Shown here: piece after piece, positions 37,621-46,405 of the stretch
Layout: each line of letters opens with the position of its first letter
Numbering within the stretch: the stretch's first letter is position 1
Origin: an uncultured Myxococcales bacterium
GTDB lineage: Bacteria > Myxococcota_A > UBA9042 > DTJE01
Direction: 5' to 3'
Assembly (NCBI GenBank): GCA_903847405.1
Contig: CAINDP010000153.1
Coordinates: 4,121 to 68,120 of the forward strand
DNA: 64,000 nucleotides
Position numbers and translations under genes: made by a program
Notes under the pieces: model-generated
Told to the model about the DNA's origin: nothing
The model's input: the letters and a program-made list of their open reading frames with translations, nothing else
Database searches by the model: none

Positions 37621-39081
37621 ATGCGCATCGCCTTCATCCAGGACTCCGGCATGAACGAGTCCGCGGCGCTGCTGATCCTGTCGGGCCTGCTGAAACTGGG
37701 GGGGCATTCGACCCGGCTGTTCATCGACCACGACGAACGGGATCTGTTCGGCGCGCTGCGCCGGTTCGACCCCTGCCTGATCCTGGTCGCGATCGACATC
37801 GGCGGCCACCACTGGGGCCTGGGCATGGCATCGCGGGTGGCCCATGAAATGCGCGCGCCCCTGGTGGTCGTGGGCACGTACCCGACCCTCGAACTGGAAA
37901 CCGTGCTGGGCCGCCCCGAGTTCCGGTACGTCATCCCGGGGGAATGCGACGTCGCGGTGCCGGCCCTGGTGGACGCCCTGACGTCGAAAACCCCCGATTT
38001 CGGCGCAGTCCCGGGCCTGCACTGGCGCGATATCGGCGGGGAATGGCGTCGGAACGCGCTGCCGCCGTACCTCCAGGACCTCGACACCCTTCCCGCGCCG
38101 GATGTGTCCCTCTTCGAACCCTACCCCTACCTCCTCCAATTCGGGGTTCGCCGGTTCGTTTCGGGACGGGGATGTGCCAATCGCTGCAGTTACTGCTACA
38201 ACAACGACCTCAGCCGGCGGACCCGATCCCAGGGCCGGTACGTCCGACGCAAGAGCGCGGCGCCGTTCGTGGCCGAAATCGCTGCATCCCTGTCGAAGTA
38301 CCCGGCCCACCACGTCCACATGGGCGACGACCTCTTCACGCATGATCCCGCCTGGCTGCGCGCATTCGCCCCCCTTTACCGCCGCACCGTCGGCGTGCCC
38401 TTCACCTGCAACGCCACGCCCATGAGCCTCACGTCCGAAACGGTGTCCCTGCTGGCCGAGGCGGGCTGTCACGGCGTGGCCGTCGGCGTCGAGTCGGGTG
38501 ACCAGGTCCTCCGCGAACGGATCCTGGAACGGCCCGCCCGCGACGAAGACCTCCGGGCCGGGTGCGAACGTGTCCGCAAGTCGGGCATCCTGCTGGCCGC
38601 TTTCAACATGATCGCCATGCCCGGGGAAACCGTGGACCAGGCCCTTGCGACGATCCGGTTGAACCGGGAACTGGGCGTGCAGGTCCCCCGCATCAATTTC
38701 ACGTTCCCACTGCGGGGCACCCGCCTGACGGATCGCGCCATCGAGGAAGGATTCCTGACGAAGGAGGAACAGGCCGAAATCGAGCGCGAGGTCACCGCGG
38801 GACGGTTCAAACTGCGCCCCTGCTTCCGGTCCCCGGACAACGCCCTCCTCGAACGCCTGTTCCGGGTTTTCCAGTTTTCGATCATGACAGGCCTTGGCGA
38901 GTTCCAGATTCGCCAGTTGATCCGCAGCGATCTGGCGACACGGGCAATCCCCTTCCGGATGCTGATGCTGTACATGGAACGTTCCTTCTTCCGGGTACAG
39001 TGGCTGCCGGGCCTGCAGATGTACCTGCACGCGGGCCATCCGCTGGGGCGCACCAAGAACTTCAACAACTTCATCCCGTGA
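37621..39081 (+). CDS. B12-binding domain-containing radical SAM protein
   Basis: AGGAGG SD before ATG 37621; N-terminal cobalamin-binding-like domain; radical SAM CANRCSYC (CxxxCxxC). Confidence 0.8.
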   Translation: MRIAFIQDSGMNESAALLILSGLLKLGGHSTRLFIDHDERDLFGALRRFDPCLILVAIDIGGHHWGLGMASRVAHEMRAPLVVVGTYPTLELETVLGRPEFRYVIPGECDVAVPALVDALTSKTPDFGAVPGLHWRDIGGEWRRNALPPYLQDLDTLPAPDVSLFEPYPYLLQFGVRRFVSGRGCANRCSYCYNNDLSRRTRSQGRYVRRKSAAPFVAEIAASLSKYPAHHVHMGDDLFTHDPAWLRAFAPLYRRTVGVPFTCNATPMSLTSETVSLLAEAGCHGVAVGVESGDQVLRERILERPARDEDLRAGCERVRKSGILLAAFNMIAMPGETVDQALATIRLNRELGVQVPRINFTFPLRGTRLTDRAIEEGFLTKEEQAEIEREVTAGRFKLRPCFRSPDNALLERLFRVFQFSIMTGLGEFQIRQLIRSDLATRAIPFRMLMLYMERSFFRVQWLPGLQMYLHAGHPLGRTKNFNNFIP

Positions 39082-39136
39082 GGAATGGACGTCCGGATGG
39101 CGCGACACCCGCCCGGCCGGTTATGATGCCGCCTGC

Positions 39137-39379
39137 GTGAACGCGAGGAGCCCCATGAGCGAGTGCGCTGCGATCGAGTTCCTGGTGGAGCAGTTGCCCG
39201 GCGGCAGGTACGTCGCCCGATCCGTCGGCGCCTGCGTGACCACCGAAGCCGACACTCTGGACGAACTCCGCGTCGCCGTCCGGGAAGCCGTGTGCTGCCA
39301 CTTCGACGAAGGCTGCCAGCCTGGCGCGATCCGACTCCGGTTCATCACCGTGGTTCGCGAGGAAGTGGTCCCCGTATGA
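39137..39379 (+). CDS. hicB: HicB-family antitoxin-like protein
   Basis: Small protein with HicB_lk-type N-terminus (AIEFLVEQLPGGRYVARSVGACVTTEADTLDELRVAVREAV); immediately upstream of and overlapping hicA. Confidence 0.5.
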   Translation: MNARSPMSECAAIEFLVEQLPGGRYVARSVGACVTTEADTLDELRVAVREAVCCHFDEGCQPGAIRLRFITVVREEVVPV

Positions 39380-39618
39380 AACATCCGCGGGATCTGTCCG
39401 CCGACGAACTGGTGCACCGGCTGAAACCCCTGGGCTATCGCGTGACCCGACAGGTCGGAAGTCATATGCGACTGACCACCGAGCAAGGCGGGCAGCACCA
39501 CATCACGATCCCGGCCCACAAGCAGGTGACTATCGGCAAGATCAACGCGTTGCTGTGGGATCTGGTGCAGCACTTCGGGATGGACCGGAAGGAACTGATG
39601 GTGCTGCTTTTCGGTTGA
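39376..39618 (+). CDS. hicA: HicA-family mRNA interferase toxin
   Basis: 80 aa; YcfA/HicA pattern LKPLGYRVTRQVGSHMRLTTEQGGQHHITIPAHKQVTIGKIN. Confidence 0.65.
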   Translation: MKHPRDLSADELVHRLKPLGYRVTRQVGSHMRLTTEQGGQHHITIPAHKQVTIGKINALLWDLVQHFGMDRKELMVLLFG

Positions 39619-39669
39619 CGGTGGCCCGGGGGAAGCGGGTTCCCCCGGGCCATCCAGGTCGGCCCCCGC

Positions 39670-40086
39670 CTACTGGGCCTTCCCCTTGCGGATCTGGGCG
39701 TTGTCGCACACCCCGTCGCCGTCCGCGTCGACGAAGCCGGCGCCGTGCAGCCCCTTGCCCTTGCCTGCCGCCTGGCCGGCGCCCTTGCCCTGGCCCTTGC
39801 CCTTGGACATGCCCTTGCCCTGGCCGCCGGTACCCTTCTTGTCGCAGATCCCGTCGCCATCGGCGTCCACGAAGCCCGCGCCCGAGCCGTCCTTGAGCTG
39901 GACCTGGGCCTGGTCCTTGGCCTGGACCTGGGTCTGGTCCTTGGCCTGATCCTGGGCCTGGGTCGCCGTGCCCGACTGGACGCCCTGCCCCTTCCCCTTC
40001 ACCGCGTCCGCGTCATCCGCGAGCGCCACCGCGGGCAGGCCCGCCATTGCCACCACCAGGAACAGGCTCTTCAAGTTCGTCTTCAT
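39670..40086 (-). CDS. small secreted Lys/Gln/Gly-rich protein with two DxDGDGxCD motifs (paralog of 28515..28919)
   Basis: Signal MMKTNLKSLFLVVAMAGLPAVALA; GFVDADGDGICDKKG and GFVDADGDGVCDN. Confidence 0.6.
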   Translation of the reverse strand: MKTNLKSLFLVVAMAGLPAVALADDADAVKGKGQGVQSGTATQAQDQAKDQTQVQAKDQAQVQLKDGSGAGFVDADGDGICDKKGTGGQGKGMSKGKGQGKGAGQAAGKGKGLHGAGFVDADGDGVCDNAQIRKGKAQ

Positions 40087-40143
40087 CACCGGACCTCCTG
40101 GGTTTCAAGCACCAGCCCCCCACGGGCCGGCAAGGAATGTCCA

Positions 40144-40161
40144 TTGCGAGCGCCGTGCCAA
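40144..40161 (-). promoter_or_regulatory. sigma-54 promoter TGGCACggcgcTCGCAA (second copy)
   Basis: Identical -24/-12 elements to copy at 28977; UAS palindromes at approx 40247..40285. Confidence 0.55.
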
Positions 40162-40341
40162 CTGGATGCATATTTCGTAAGCGTTGGTTATGTCTGCTGT
40201 ATGCGCCCTTGCGACCACCGGCTGTCGTCCGGTCGCCTCCGGGTTCCCGACGTTTTCGTCGAAGACCCTCGACGTCCCGGTCGACCCGACGATCACCCAA
40301 GGCCCGGCTTCCGGATCTGGTCGGAAACTTCAGGCCGCGCG

Positions 40342-41670
40342 CTATCCGCATCCGCCCTTGGTCACGGTCTTCTTCTGCAACCTGACCCGCTTCGTGTAGG
40401 TCGGGGCGGCGCCGTGGCCTGCCTCGTGTACCGGGTCATAGCCAGTACCCGTGGCGTCCGTCGCAAGCGCGCAGGCCGGCACGTATTCCTTTCGGGCCCG
40501 GTCGGGGTGAGCCGACGGGTTCCTGTCACCGACTGCGGCAACGAAGCGCCAGGCCAGGCGCTCCCCTCCCGTTTCCCCGGACAGTTTCTGCGCCACGCAC
40601 GGACTCGGCTGGTAGCGGTCCAGCCAGCCGTCGATCCCGCCCTCGATGACGTACAGGTTCAGGACCCCCTGGGCCCTCAGGTCCTTCCAGGCCTGCGTCG
40701 CAACCGCCTCGCCGTTGGACACGACGAACACGATGGTGTTTTCGCTGGCGCCCAGCAGCGTCCTGACGAACGCCGGGTCCCGCGCATCGCCCGGTTCGAT
40801 CCGTCGCGCACCGGACAGGTGGAACTGGTTGAAGTCCGCCTCCCCGCGCACGTCCAGCACATCCACCTTCAGCGTGAAGTCCTTCTTCAGGTCGACGACC
40901 TCGGCGGGGTCCACGAAGATTTCGCGCTCGCCCAGTTGCCGGTCCCCCTCCGACGCCACCCAGCCCCACCGGTCCTCGACCGTGGGCTGCCCCAGGACGG
41001 CCGTGGCGACCGCCAGGGCGACCAGGGTCCCTCCCCCCGCGATCCGCGCCCGGCTGCGCGGGACCAGCGGGATGTCCTTCCAGGATGTGCCCGCGCCGAA
41101 GTAGGCTTCCGCGATTTCCGCACCCCAGAACATCACCAGCGCCATCAGGACCAGCAGGACCACGACCACGCCGTAAGGGAGGCCCAGCCAGTCCGGCACG
41201 GTGAACCGACCCAGGAACGTGGACTGGAAGAACGGCTCGAAGGACTGCACGGTTTCGCCGAACGCATAGACGCCGCCGAACACGCCCAGGACGAAGAACA
41301 CCCCGTCCAGCTTCAGCGTCGAGGCCGCCACCAGGGAGGTTCCCGGGCAGAACCCGCCGACGATGAACCCGACGCCCATGATCAGCCCGCCGACGATCCC
41401 CGGCACAAGGTACGTCGGGTTGACCCACACGTGGCTGAAGTCCAGCAGGCCCAGCGCCGAGGACAGGAAAATCAGGACGGCCGCGACCACGATGCCGGTG
41501 AACATGACCTTCAGCACGGTCATTTCGCGCAGGTAGAACTGCGCCGCCAATTTGCGGGAGTCGCCGAAGCCCGACACCTCGAGGGCCGCGCCGAAGCCCA
41601 CGCCGATCAGCAGAAAGACGAGGTCGTATGCAAGGGTGCCGGCCAGCGGCGCCAGGTTGAACGGAGCCAT
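40342..41670 (-). CDS. YeeE/YedE family sulfur-compound transporter half fused to C-terminal rhodanese-like domain
   Basis: Internal ATG MAPFNLAPLAG; multi-TM PF04143-like region with GxxxGxCPG-type motif (GGFCPGTSL); C-terminal rhodanese-like fold (active-site Cys position appears to be Ser). Confidence 0.7.
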   Translation of the reverse strand: MAPFNLAPLAGTLAYDLVFLLIGVGFGAALEVSGFGDSRKLAAQFYLREMTVLKVMFTGIVVAAVLIFLSSALGLLDFSHVWVNPTYLVPGIVGGLIMGVGFIVGGFCPGTSLVAASTLKLDGVFFVLGVFGGVYAFGETVQSFEPFFQSTFLGRFTVPDWLGLPYGVVVVLLVLMALVMFWGAEIAEAYFGAGTSWKDIPLVPRSRARIAGGGTLVALAVATAVLGQPTVEDRWGWVASEGDRQLGEREIFVDPAEVVDLKKDFTLKVDVLDVRGEADFNQFHLSGARRIEPGDARDPAFVRTLLGASENTIVFVVSNGEAVATQAWKDLRAQGVLNLYVIEGGIDGWLDRYQPSPCVAQKLSGETGGERLAWRFVAAVGDRNPSAHPDRARKEYVPACALATDATGTGYDPVHEAGHGAAPTYTKRVRLQKKTVTKGGCG

Positions 41671-41681
41671 GTCGCCACCTC

Positions 41682-42203
41682 CTAGTTCCACAACCGGCGC
41701 ACGAAGTACGCCAGGGCATACCCGCCACCGAAGACCGCGAACATGAACGCGAAACTGCCGACCGACAGCACGGCGCCGCCGCTGAGGGCCTGGCCGGACG
41801 TGCAGCCGCGGGCCAGGCGGGCGCCGTACCCCATGACTGCGCCGCCCAGGAGGGCGTAGGCCCAACGCGCACGATTCGTGATGTGGGGCCCGCGACGGGT
41901 TTCCACCCGGAACCGTCGGTTCGCGATCCCGGAAATCATCCCGCCCAGGAAGGTCCCCAGCAGCATGAACACACCCGCGTTGTCCAGCGCGTTGCGGCTG
42001 CCGCCGCCGACCTCGGCGAAGTAGGCCACGCGGTCGACGTGCTCCGGGACGAACAGGTTCAGGATCGCGACCTGCACGTGGCCGATGGCCCCGGAAGCGC
42101 CCAGCCCGTTGCCGGTGATGTAGAAGGACAGGAACAGCACGACGCCCAGCAGGGCGCCGCCCACGTAGGGGTTGACGTAGGGACGCGGGGGCTTGCTAGT
42201 CAT
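41682..42203 (-). CDS. YeeE/YedE family sulfur-compound transporter half
   Basis: 4-TM protein with conserved ARLARGCTSG motif typical of YedE/YeeE (TsuA-like) repeats. Confidence 0.75.
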   Translation of the reverse strand: MTSKPPRPYVNPYVGGALLGVVLFLSFYITGNGLGASGAIGHVQVAILNLFVPEHVDRVAYFAEVGGGSRNALDNAGVFMLLGTFLGGMISGIANRRFRVETRRGPHITNRARWAYALLGGAVMGYGARLARGCTSGQALSGGAVLSVGSFAFMFAVFGGGYALAYFVRRLWN

Positions 42204-44460
42204 GGGACCCTCCCTCGGCGGACGGGACGTCGATGTCCTCCCACCCGTCGATCATCGCGCTGACATTCGAGAACACGGTCCGTCCGGTCGTCGTCAGGTA
42301 CAGGTGCAGCACGAAGAAGGACAGGAACAGCCAGGAACCCAGGTTGTGCAGGGGCGCGACCACGGTCAGCCCGCCGATGGAAGACGCAAAGTCGGGCCAG
42401 CGCGAGGCCCCCCAGATCAGCACGCCGGTGACCACCTGGAAGGGGAACAGCACGTTCAGCAGCCCCAGGTACGTGATCTGCTGCAGCGGGTTCATCTTGC
42501 GGTCGGCGGTCTTCGCGGGGTGCGGCTGGCCCACGAAGATGCCCTGCAGGTAGTACTGGGCCTGCGCCGCCACCCGCCCGGGCAGGTCGTGACGCCCGGG
42601 GACGAACTGCCGGATCGCATCGCTGGCCAGGTGGTAGAACAGCGACAGGAAGGCGTTGACGATCATCACGACGGCAACGATGTTGTGAAGCTTCACCGCC
42701 AGCGGCAGGCCCACCAGCGTCCAGTTGCCGCCGAAATGGACCTCGACCCCCGTGACCATCAGCACCAGGATGCTGGAGGCCATCAGCCAGTGCCAGACGC
42801 GCTCATAGGCGGTGTACAGGTAGGCCTTGCGCGTCGGACGATGGCCATGGGCAAAGCGGCCGCGCGCCCGGAGCCGCAGCCCGCCGTGCACCGCGACCCC
42901 GGCCAGGACGCCAGCGAACGCCAGGAAGCCGAGGCGGTCGGTCCAGGTGCCTTGCGAGTGGCCGAAGACGTGGAAGGACGCTCCCGAATCCCGCTGCAGG
43001 ACCAGGCCATGGCCGTCCGGCGACGCCACGACGCCTCCGAAGGCCAGGCCGCCTCCCTCGGGAACCGTCGGGACGACGCCGCCGGGATAGGGAGCGGAGG
43101 CCAGGGGAATCGCCGCGTTCAGACGGGAATCCTCGGCGTGACAACCGGTGCAGTCCCTCTGCACCGCGGGACCGGACACGACGTCGTGGTTCACGGGCCG
43201 CGGAACGATCGCGGTCCGGATTTGCGGATCCGCGACGCCTCCAGCCGCCAGGCGTGACCGGAGAACCGCGACCTTTGCCGGTGTGTCCAGGCGCACCTCC
43301 GCGACGTCCAGGCGGCCATCGCCGTTGCCATCCAACGCGCGCACCACCTCGTTCGCGTAGGTGTCACCCTCGAACCATGCCGCCCGGACGGCGGCAAACG
43401 GAATCTCGTCACCGGCAGGACCCGACGCCCAGAACCACCGGGTGACCAGGTTGAAGGGTGCGATGCGCATCCCCTCGGCAGGGTCCGTGCGGGCCAAAAG
43501 GAACGGCGCGTACCCCGTGGCGAAGGCCGTGTTCAGCGACTGGTCGTCGGCGCGGTCCAGGCCGCGGTACTCCACGCGCGGACCGCCACCGGGCAGCATC
43601 ACCGTGGCGTCCACCGAGCGCGCCGCCGGGCCCGCGAGGGTCGGCACGTGGCAGGCACGGCAGTCCAGCGTGTCCATGTGGCGTTTCGTGTAGGGCAGGA
43701 ACGCGTGGACCTTCAGGGGGTCGTGGCAGGACCGGCAGGTCGCGGCGACGAGTTCATGGTCCGGCCGACGCAGGAACTGGGACAGGGCAATCTTGCGCGG
43801 ATCGTTCAGCAGGAAGTCCAGCGCCGTGTGCTTCACGTCGGCCTTCGCCGGGTTGTTCCGGGCGAAGTGGCAGTCCGTGCACGCGACCAGGCGTCGCGAA
43901 TGGACGTCCCAAGGATTGGTCCGCGCCGCCTTGTCCTTCAGATTCAGCCACGAATCGCCGACGGCCTGGGGCGACAGGATTTCGCCGGTGTCGCGGGTCA
44001 GGGCGTAGGTGTGCCCACCGGACGCACCCGGGACCGCCGACTCGAAGTCGTCAGGAATCGTCAGGGGCTCCGTCCCGCCGTGGACGATCCCGTGGCAGAA
44101 GGCGCAGTTTTCGTCCCGCGGGGCCCGGATGCGGATCGCCTCCCGGCGCAGCAGGCCCGTTTCGTCGAAGACCGTCGGGTCGGTCGGCAGGCGACTGCCC
44201 TCGAAGTGGCACTCGGCGCACGTCGCCTGCCGCCCGTCCCGGGAGTGCGGGTTGTGGGCGTCGATGTAGGCGGCGTCATGGCAGGCGCCACAGGTCTTTC
44301 CCGACGACGGGGCGCCGCCGGACACCGCGATTCGCTGCCCCGCCTCGTCCAGGATCGGGAACGCCGGGTGCATCGGGTTCGCGGGCCCCTGGGCACGGGC
44401 CTCCGGCGCGAAGATGGTACCGACCACTGCCGCAAGAATGACCGCAGGAATCCGTCTCAT
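42196..44460 (-). CDS. heptaheme c-type cytochrome fused to C-terminal membrane di-heme cytochrome b-like domain
   Basis: Signal MRRIPAVILAAVVGTIFAPEARAQG; CGACH, CAECH, CAFCH, CTDCH, CRSCH, CRACH, CTGCH; C-terminal approx 230 aa with 5-6 TM helices and conserved His (cytochrome b561/NrfH-partner-like). Confidence 0.7.
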   Translation of the reverse strand: MRRIPAVILAAVVGTIFAPEARAQGPANPMHPAFPILDEAGQRIAVSGGAPSSGKTCGACHDAAYIDAHNPHSRDGRQATCAECHFEGSRLPTDPTVFDETGLLRREAIRIRAPRDENCAFCHGIVHGGTEPLTIPDDFESAVPGASGGHTYALTRDTGEILSPQAVGDSWLNLKDKAARTNPWDVHSRRLVACTDCHFARNNPAKADVKHTALDFLLNDPRKIALSQFLRRPDHELVAATCRSCHDPLKVHAFLPYTKRHMDTLDCRACHVPTLAGPAARSVDATVMLPGGGPRVEYRGLDRADDQSLNTAFATGYAPFLLARTDPAEGMRIAPFNLVTRWFWASGPAGDEIPFAAVRAAWFEGDTYANEVVRALDGNGDGRLDVAEVRLDTPAKVAVLRSRLAAGGVADPQIRTAIVPRPVNHDVVSGPAVQRDCTGCHAEDSRLNAAIPLASAPYPGGVVPTVPEGGGLAFGGVVASPDGHGLVLQRDSGASFHVFGHSQGTWTDRLGFLAFAGVLAGVAVHGGLRLRARGRFAHGHRPTRKAYLYTAYERVWHWLMASSILVLMVTGVEVHFGGNWTLVGLPLAVKLHNIVAVVMIVNAFLSLFYHLASDAIRQFVPGRHDLPGRVAAQAQYYLQGIFVGQPHPAKTADRKMNPLQQITYLGLLNVLFPFQVVTGVLIWGASRWPDFASSIGGLTVVAPLHNLGSWLFLSFFVLHLYLTTTGRTVFSNVSAMIDGWEDIDVPSAEGGSHD

Positions 44461-45929
44461 CGGCGACCTCCCGTCGTCAGCGGGTCGCCGTCGTAGCCCA
44501 GGGCCTTCCAGTCCATTCGTGTCGTCCTTTCATCGAGGTTGCCCGAGGCGGCTGCGCCTGTGCGCTCGGGCAGGCCGTGGCAATCGGTGCACTGCAGCGC
44601 GGCTTCCTTCGGCGCGACCATGTGTGACAGCGGCCAGTGCATCGCCGTCTGCGCGAAGCCATACTCGCCGCTGTACTGGATCCCCGAAGCATCCGCGCCC
44701 AGCCGCAACGCCTTCTCCCAGTCGAAGTCGTGCCAGAAGCCGCCCGCACCGCTGGTCACGGGGGGCAACAGGATGTCCCGTTTCCGGTCGTAGGGTTGCA
44801 GGGCCCGGTGGACCTTGAACGGCCAGATTTTCGCCGTGCGATCGTGGATGTTCCCGCGGGGCCGATTGATGGTTGTCGTCGTCGCCGGATCCATCGGGTC
44901 GCCCAGCAGGTATCGGTCCACGGTGCCGTTGAACCAGTCGTACTCGGGCACGATGTCGTGGTCGTACACGAACTCGCCCTTGATCTTCAGGTAGGTGTGC
45001 GGGTCGTCGGGACGGTTCGGGTCGCCGCCCTTGCTCCAGTCCCAGAACGTCTTGGTGGGCAGGCGGCGGGCGTAGGTCGGGACATGGCAGGTGGTGCAGG
45101 CGACGCTGTCAAGGTGCGTGTTGATCCGCGCATCCTGGTGCGGAGGCGCCTTGTGGCAGTCGACGCAGCCGATGCCGCCCTCGTCCGTGACGCTGACCGA
45201 AAACGCGCGGCCACGAATGAGGTGCTTTTCCGTCCGATGGCAGTCGATGCAAAGGAACCCGCTCTGCCCCATGTGGACGTCGTCGTCCCGGGTCGGGTTT
45301 TCCAGGCTGCTGTCCAGATCGCCGTGCTTCACCCCCTGGCCACCGCCGCCGTAACTGTGGCACACCGAGCAGTTTTCCCGTTTCGGGAAGCCCACCGATT
45401 TCGCCACGGCCAGCAGGTCCACACCCTTGGCCGGGAGGCCCTCGTCACCCTTCACGTAGGAACCCGAACGCTCGTGGCAGACCAGGCAGTCGACCGACTC
45501 GGCGCGGTTGAAGTCGAACTTCTCGTCCTTCCAGCCGTACCCCGCGTGGCACTTCGTGCACGAGGCCCAGTTGCCGGTGATGTTGATGCAGAAGTTGTTC
45601 AGCAGGTTCTTCTTGCCGATTCGCATCGTCCCGTCGTGTCCCGGGACCGTGACAGGATCGCCCAGCCACTGCCAGTGCGCCGTCTGCATCAGGTCCGAGG
45701 CGGCCTGGGGGTGGCAGTTCAGGCAGGCCTTCGTGACTTCCTGCGGCGTCCCGAAGGCCTCCGTGAAGAAGGGCGCGTGGTCCAGATGGGTGCGGACCCG
45801 CTTCCGGAAATCCGCCCGCGCGGCCGCGTCGGCCGGGGGATGGACGGGCGACGCGACGACCCAGGCGACGACTCCCGCAATCACCAGTGCCAGGACCACG
45901 ACCCACATCTGCTTGAACCGGCCAGTCAT
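44457..45929 (-). CDS. octaheme c-type cytochrome, tetrathionate reductase (OTR) family-like
   Basis: Signal anchor MTGRFKQMWVVVLALVIAGVVAWVVA; eight CxxCH (CLNCH, CTKCH, CLVCH, CSVCH, CIDCH, CVDCH, CTTCH, CTDCH); size about 490 aa as in Shewanella Otr. Confidence 0.65.
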   Translation of the reverse strand: MTGRFKQMWVVVLALVIAGVVAWVVASPVHPPADAAARADFRKRVRTHLDHAPFFTEAFGTPQEVTKACLNCHPQAASDLMQTAHWQWLGDPVTVPGHDGTMRIGKKNLLNNFCINITGNWASCTKCHAGYGWKDEKFDFNRAESVDCLVCHERSGSYVKGDEGLPAKGVDLLAVAKSVGFPKRENCSVCHSYGGGGQGVKHGDLDSSLENPTRDDDVHMGQSGFLCIDCHRTEKHLIRGRAFSVSVTDEGGIGCVDCHKAPPHQDARINTHLDSVACTTCHVPTYARRLPTKTFWDWSKGGDPNRPDDPHTYLKIKGEFVYDHDIVPEYDWFNGTVDRYLLGDPMDPATTTTINRPRGNIHDRTAKIWPFKVHRALQPYDRKRDILLPPVTSGAGGFWHDFDWEKALRLGADASGIQYSGEYGFAQTAMHWPLSHMVAPKEAALQCTDCHGLPERTGAAASGNLDERTTRMDWKALGYDGDPLTTGGRR

Positions 45930-46255
45930 CACGACGCCTCCTGTATGCGAATCTCGGCGGTGATCGCATCGCCCGACAGGCATTTCAGGACTTCGCCGAG
46001 TCGTTCGAGGTTCAACCTGTACCAGGCGAAGCCGCTGGCCCGCCGCACCTCGACCAGGCCGTTCATCCGCAGAATGGCCAGTTGGCCGGAAACGACGGCC
46101 TGGGGGGTTTTCAGGACCTCGGTCAACTGGCTGACGTTGGCCTCGCCTTCCCGCAGCACGGCCAGCAGTTCCAGCCGTATCGGGTGCGCCACGGCGCGCA
46201 GCAGGGTCGCCATCCGAACCGCCTTCGTCGGGTCCAGGGCCAGGGATCCCGTCAT
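45929..46255 (-). CDS. ArsR/SmtB family transcriptional regulator
   Basis: Winged HTH (LLRAVAHPIRLELLAVLREGEANVSQLTEVLKTPQAVVSGQLAILRMNGLVEV); stop overlaps cytochrome start. Confidence 0.8.
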   Translation of the reverse strand: MTGSLALDPTKAVRMATLLRAVAHPIRLELLAVLREGEANVSQLTEVLKTPQAVVSGQLAILRMNGLVEVRRASGFAWYRLNLERLGEVLKCLSGDAITAEIRIQEAS

Positions 46256-46393
46256 GGTCCACCTCCTTGCTCACCCAGCCGAGCGCAAAGCCGCCTCGGG
46301 TGCTTCCGACAGCCCCGAGCGCATCGCACGGGGTCCGGGACGGCACGGGGGTGAAGCAGGAGACGTGCCATGGACCGGCGATGTATCGAGATA

Positions 46394-46405
46394 TTGATAT
46401 ATCAG
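46394..46405. promoter_or_regulatory. perfect AT-rich palindrome TGATATATCA in arsR/mrp divergent intergenic region (candidate ArsR operator/-10)
   Basis: 10-bp perfect palindrome inside a 25-nt AT-rich island in 70% GC DNA, about 130-150 nt upstream of arsR start. Confidence 0.35.

Larger units (their letters stand above)
39670..40290. repeat. approx 600-bp duplicated module (gene + sigma-54 promoter + UAS palindromes) paralogous to 28515..29120
   Basis: Alignable nucleotide sequence through CDS, 5' UTR, TGGCAC-N5-TCGCA and both palindromes. Confidence 0.75.

Noticed and set aside
37305-41872. Antisense/alt-frame ORFs 37402..39108(-), 39745..41685(+), 40526..41872(-)
   Set aside because: Overlap radical SAM and YeeE/rhodanese genes; no domains
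42193-46397. Plus-strand ORFs 42193..43257, 43458..44441, 43648..44496, 44637..46397
   Set aside because: Antisense to multiheme cytochrome genes whose CxxCH patterns fix the true frame
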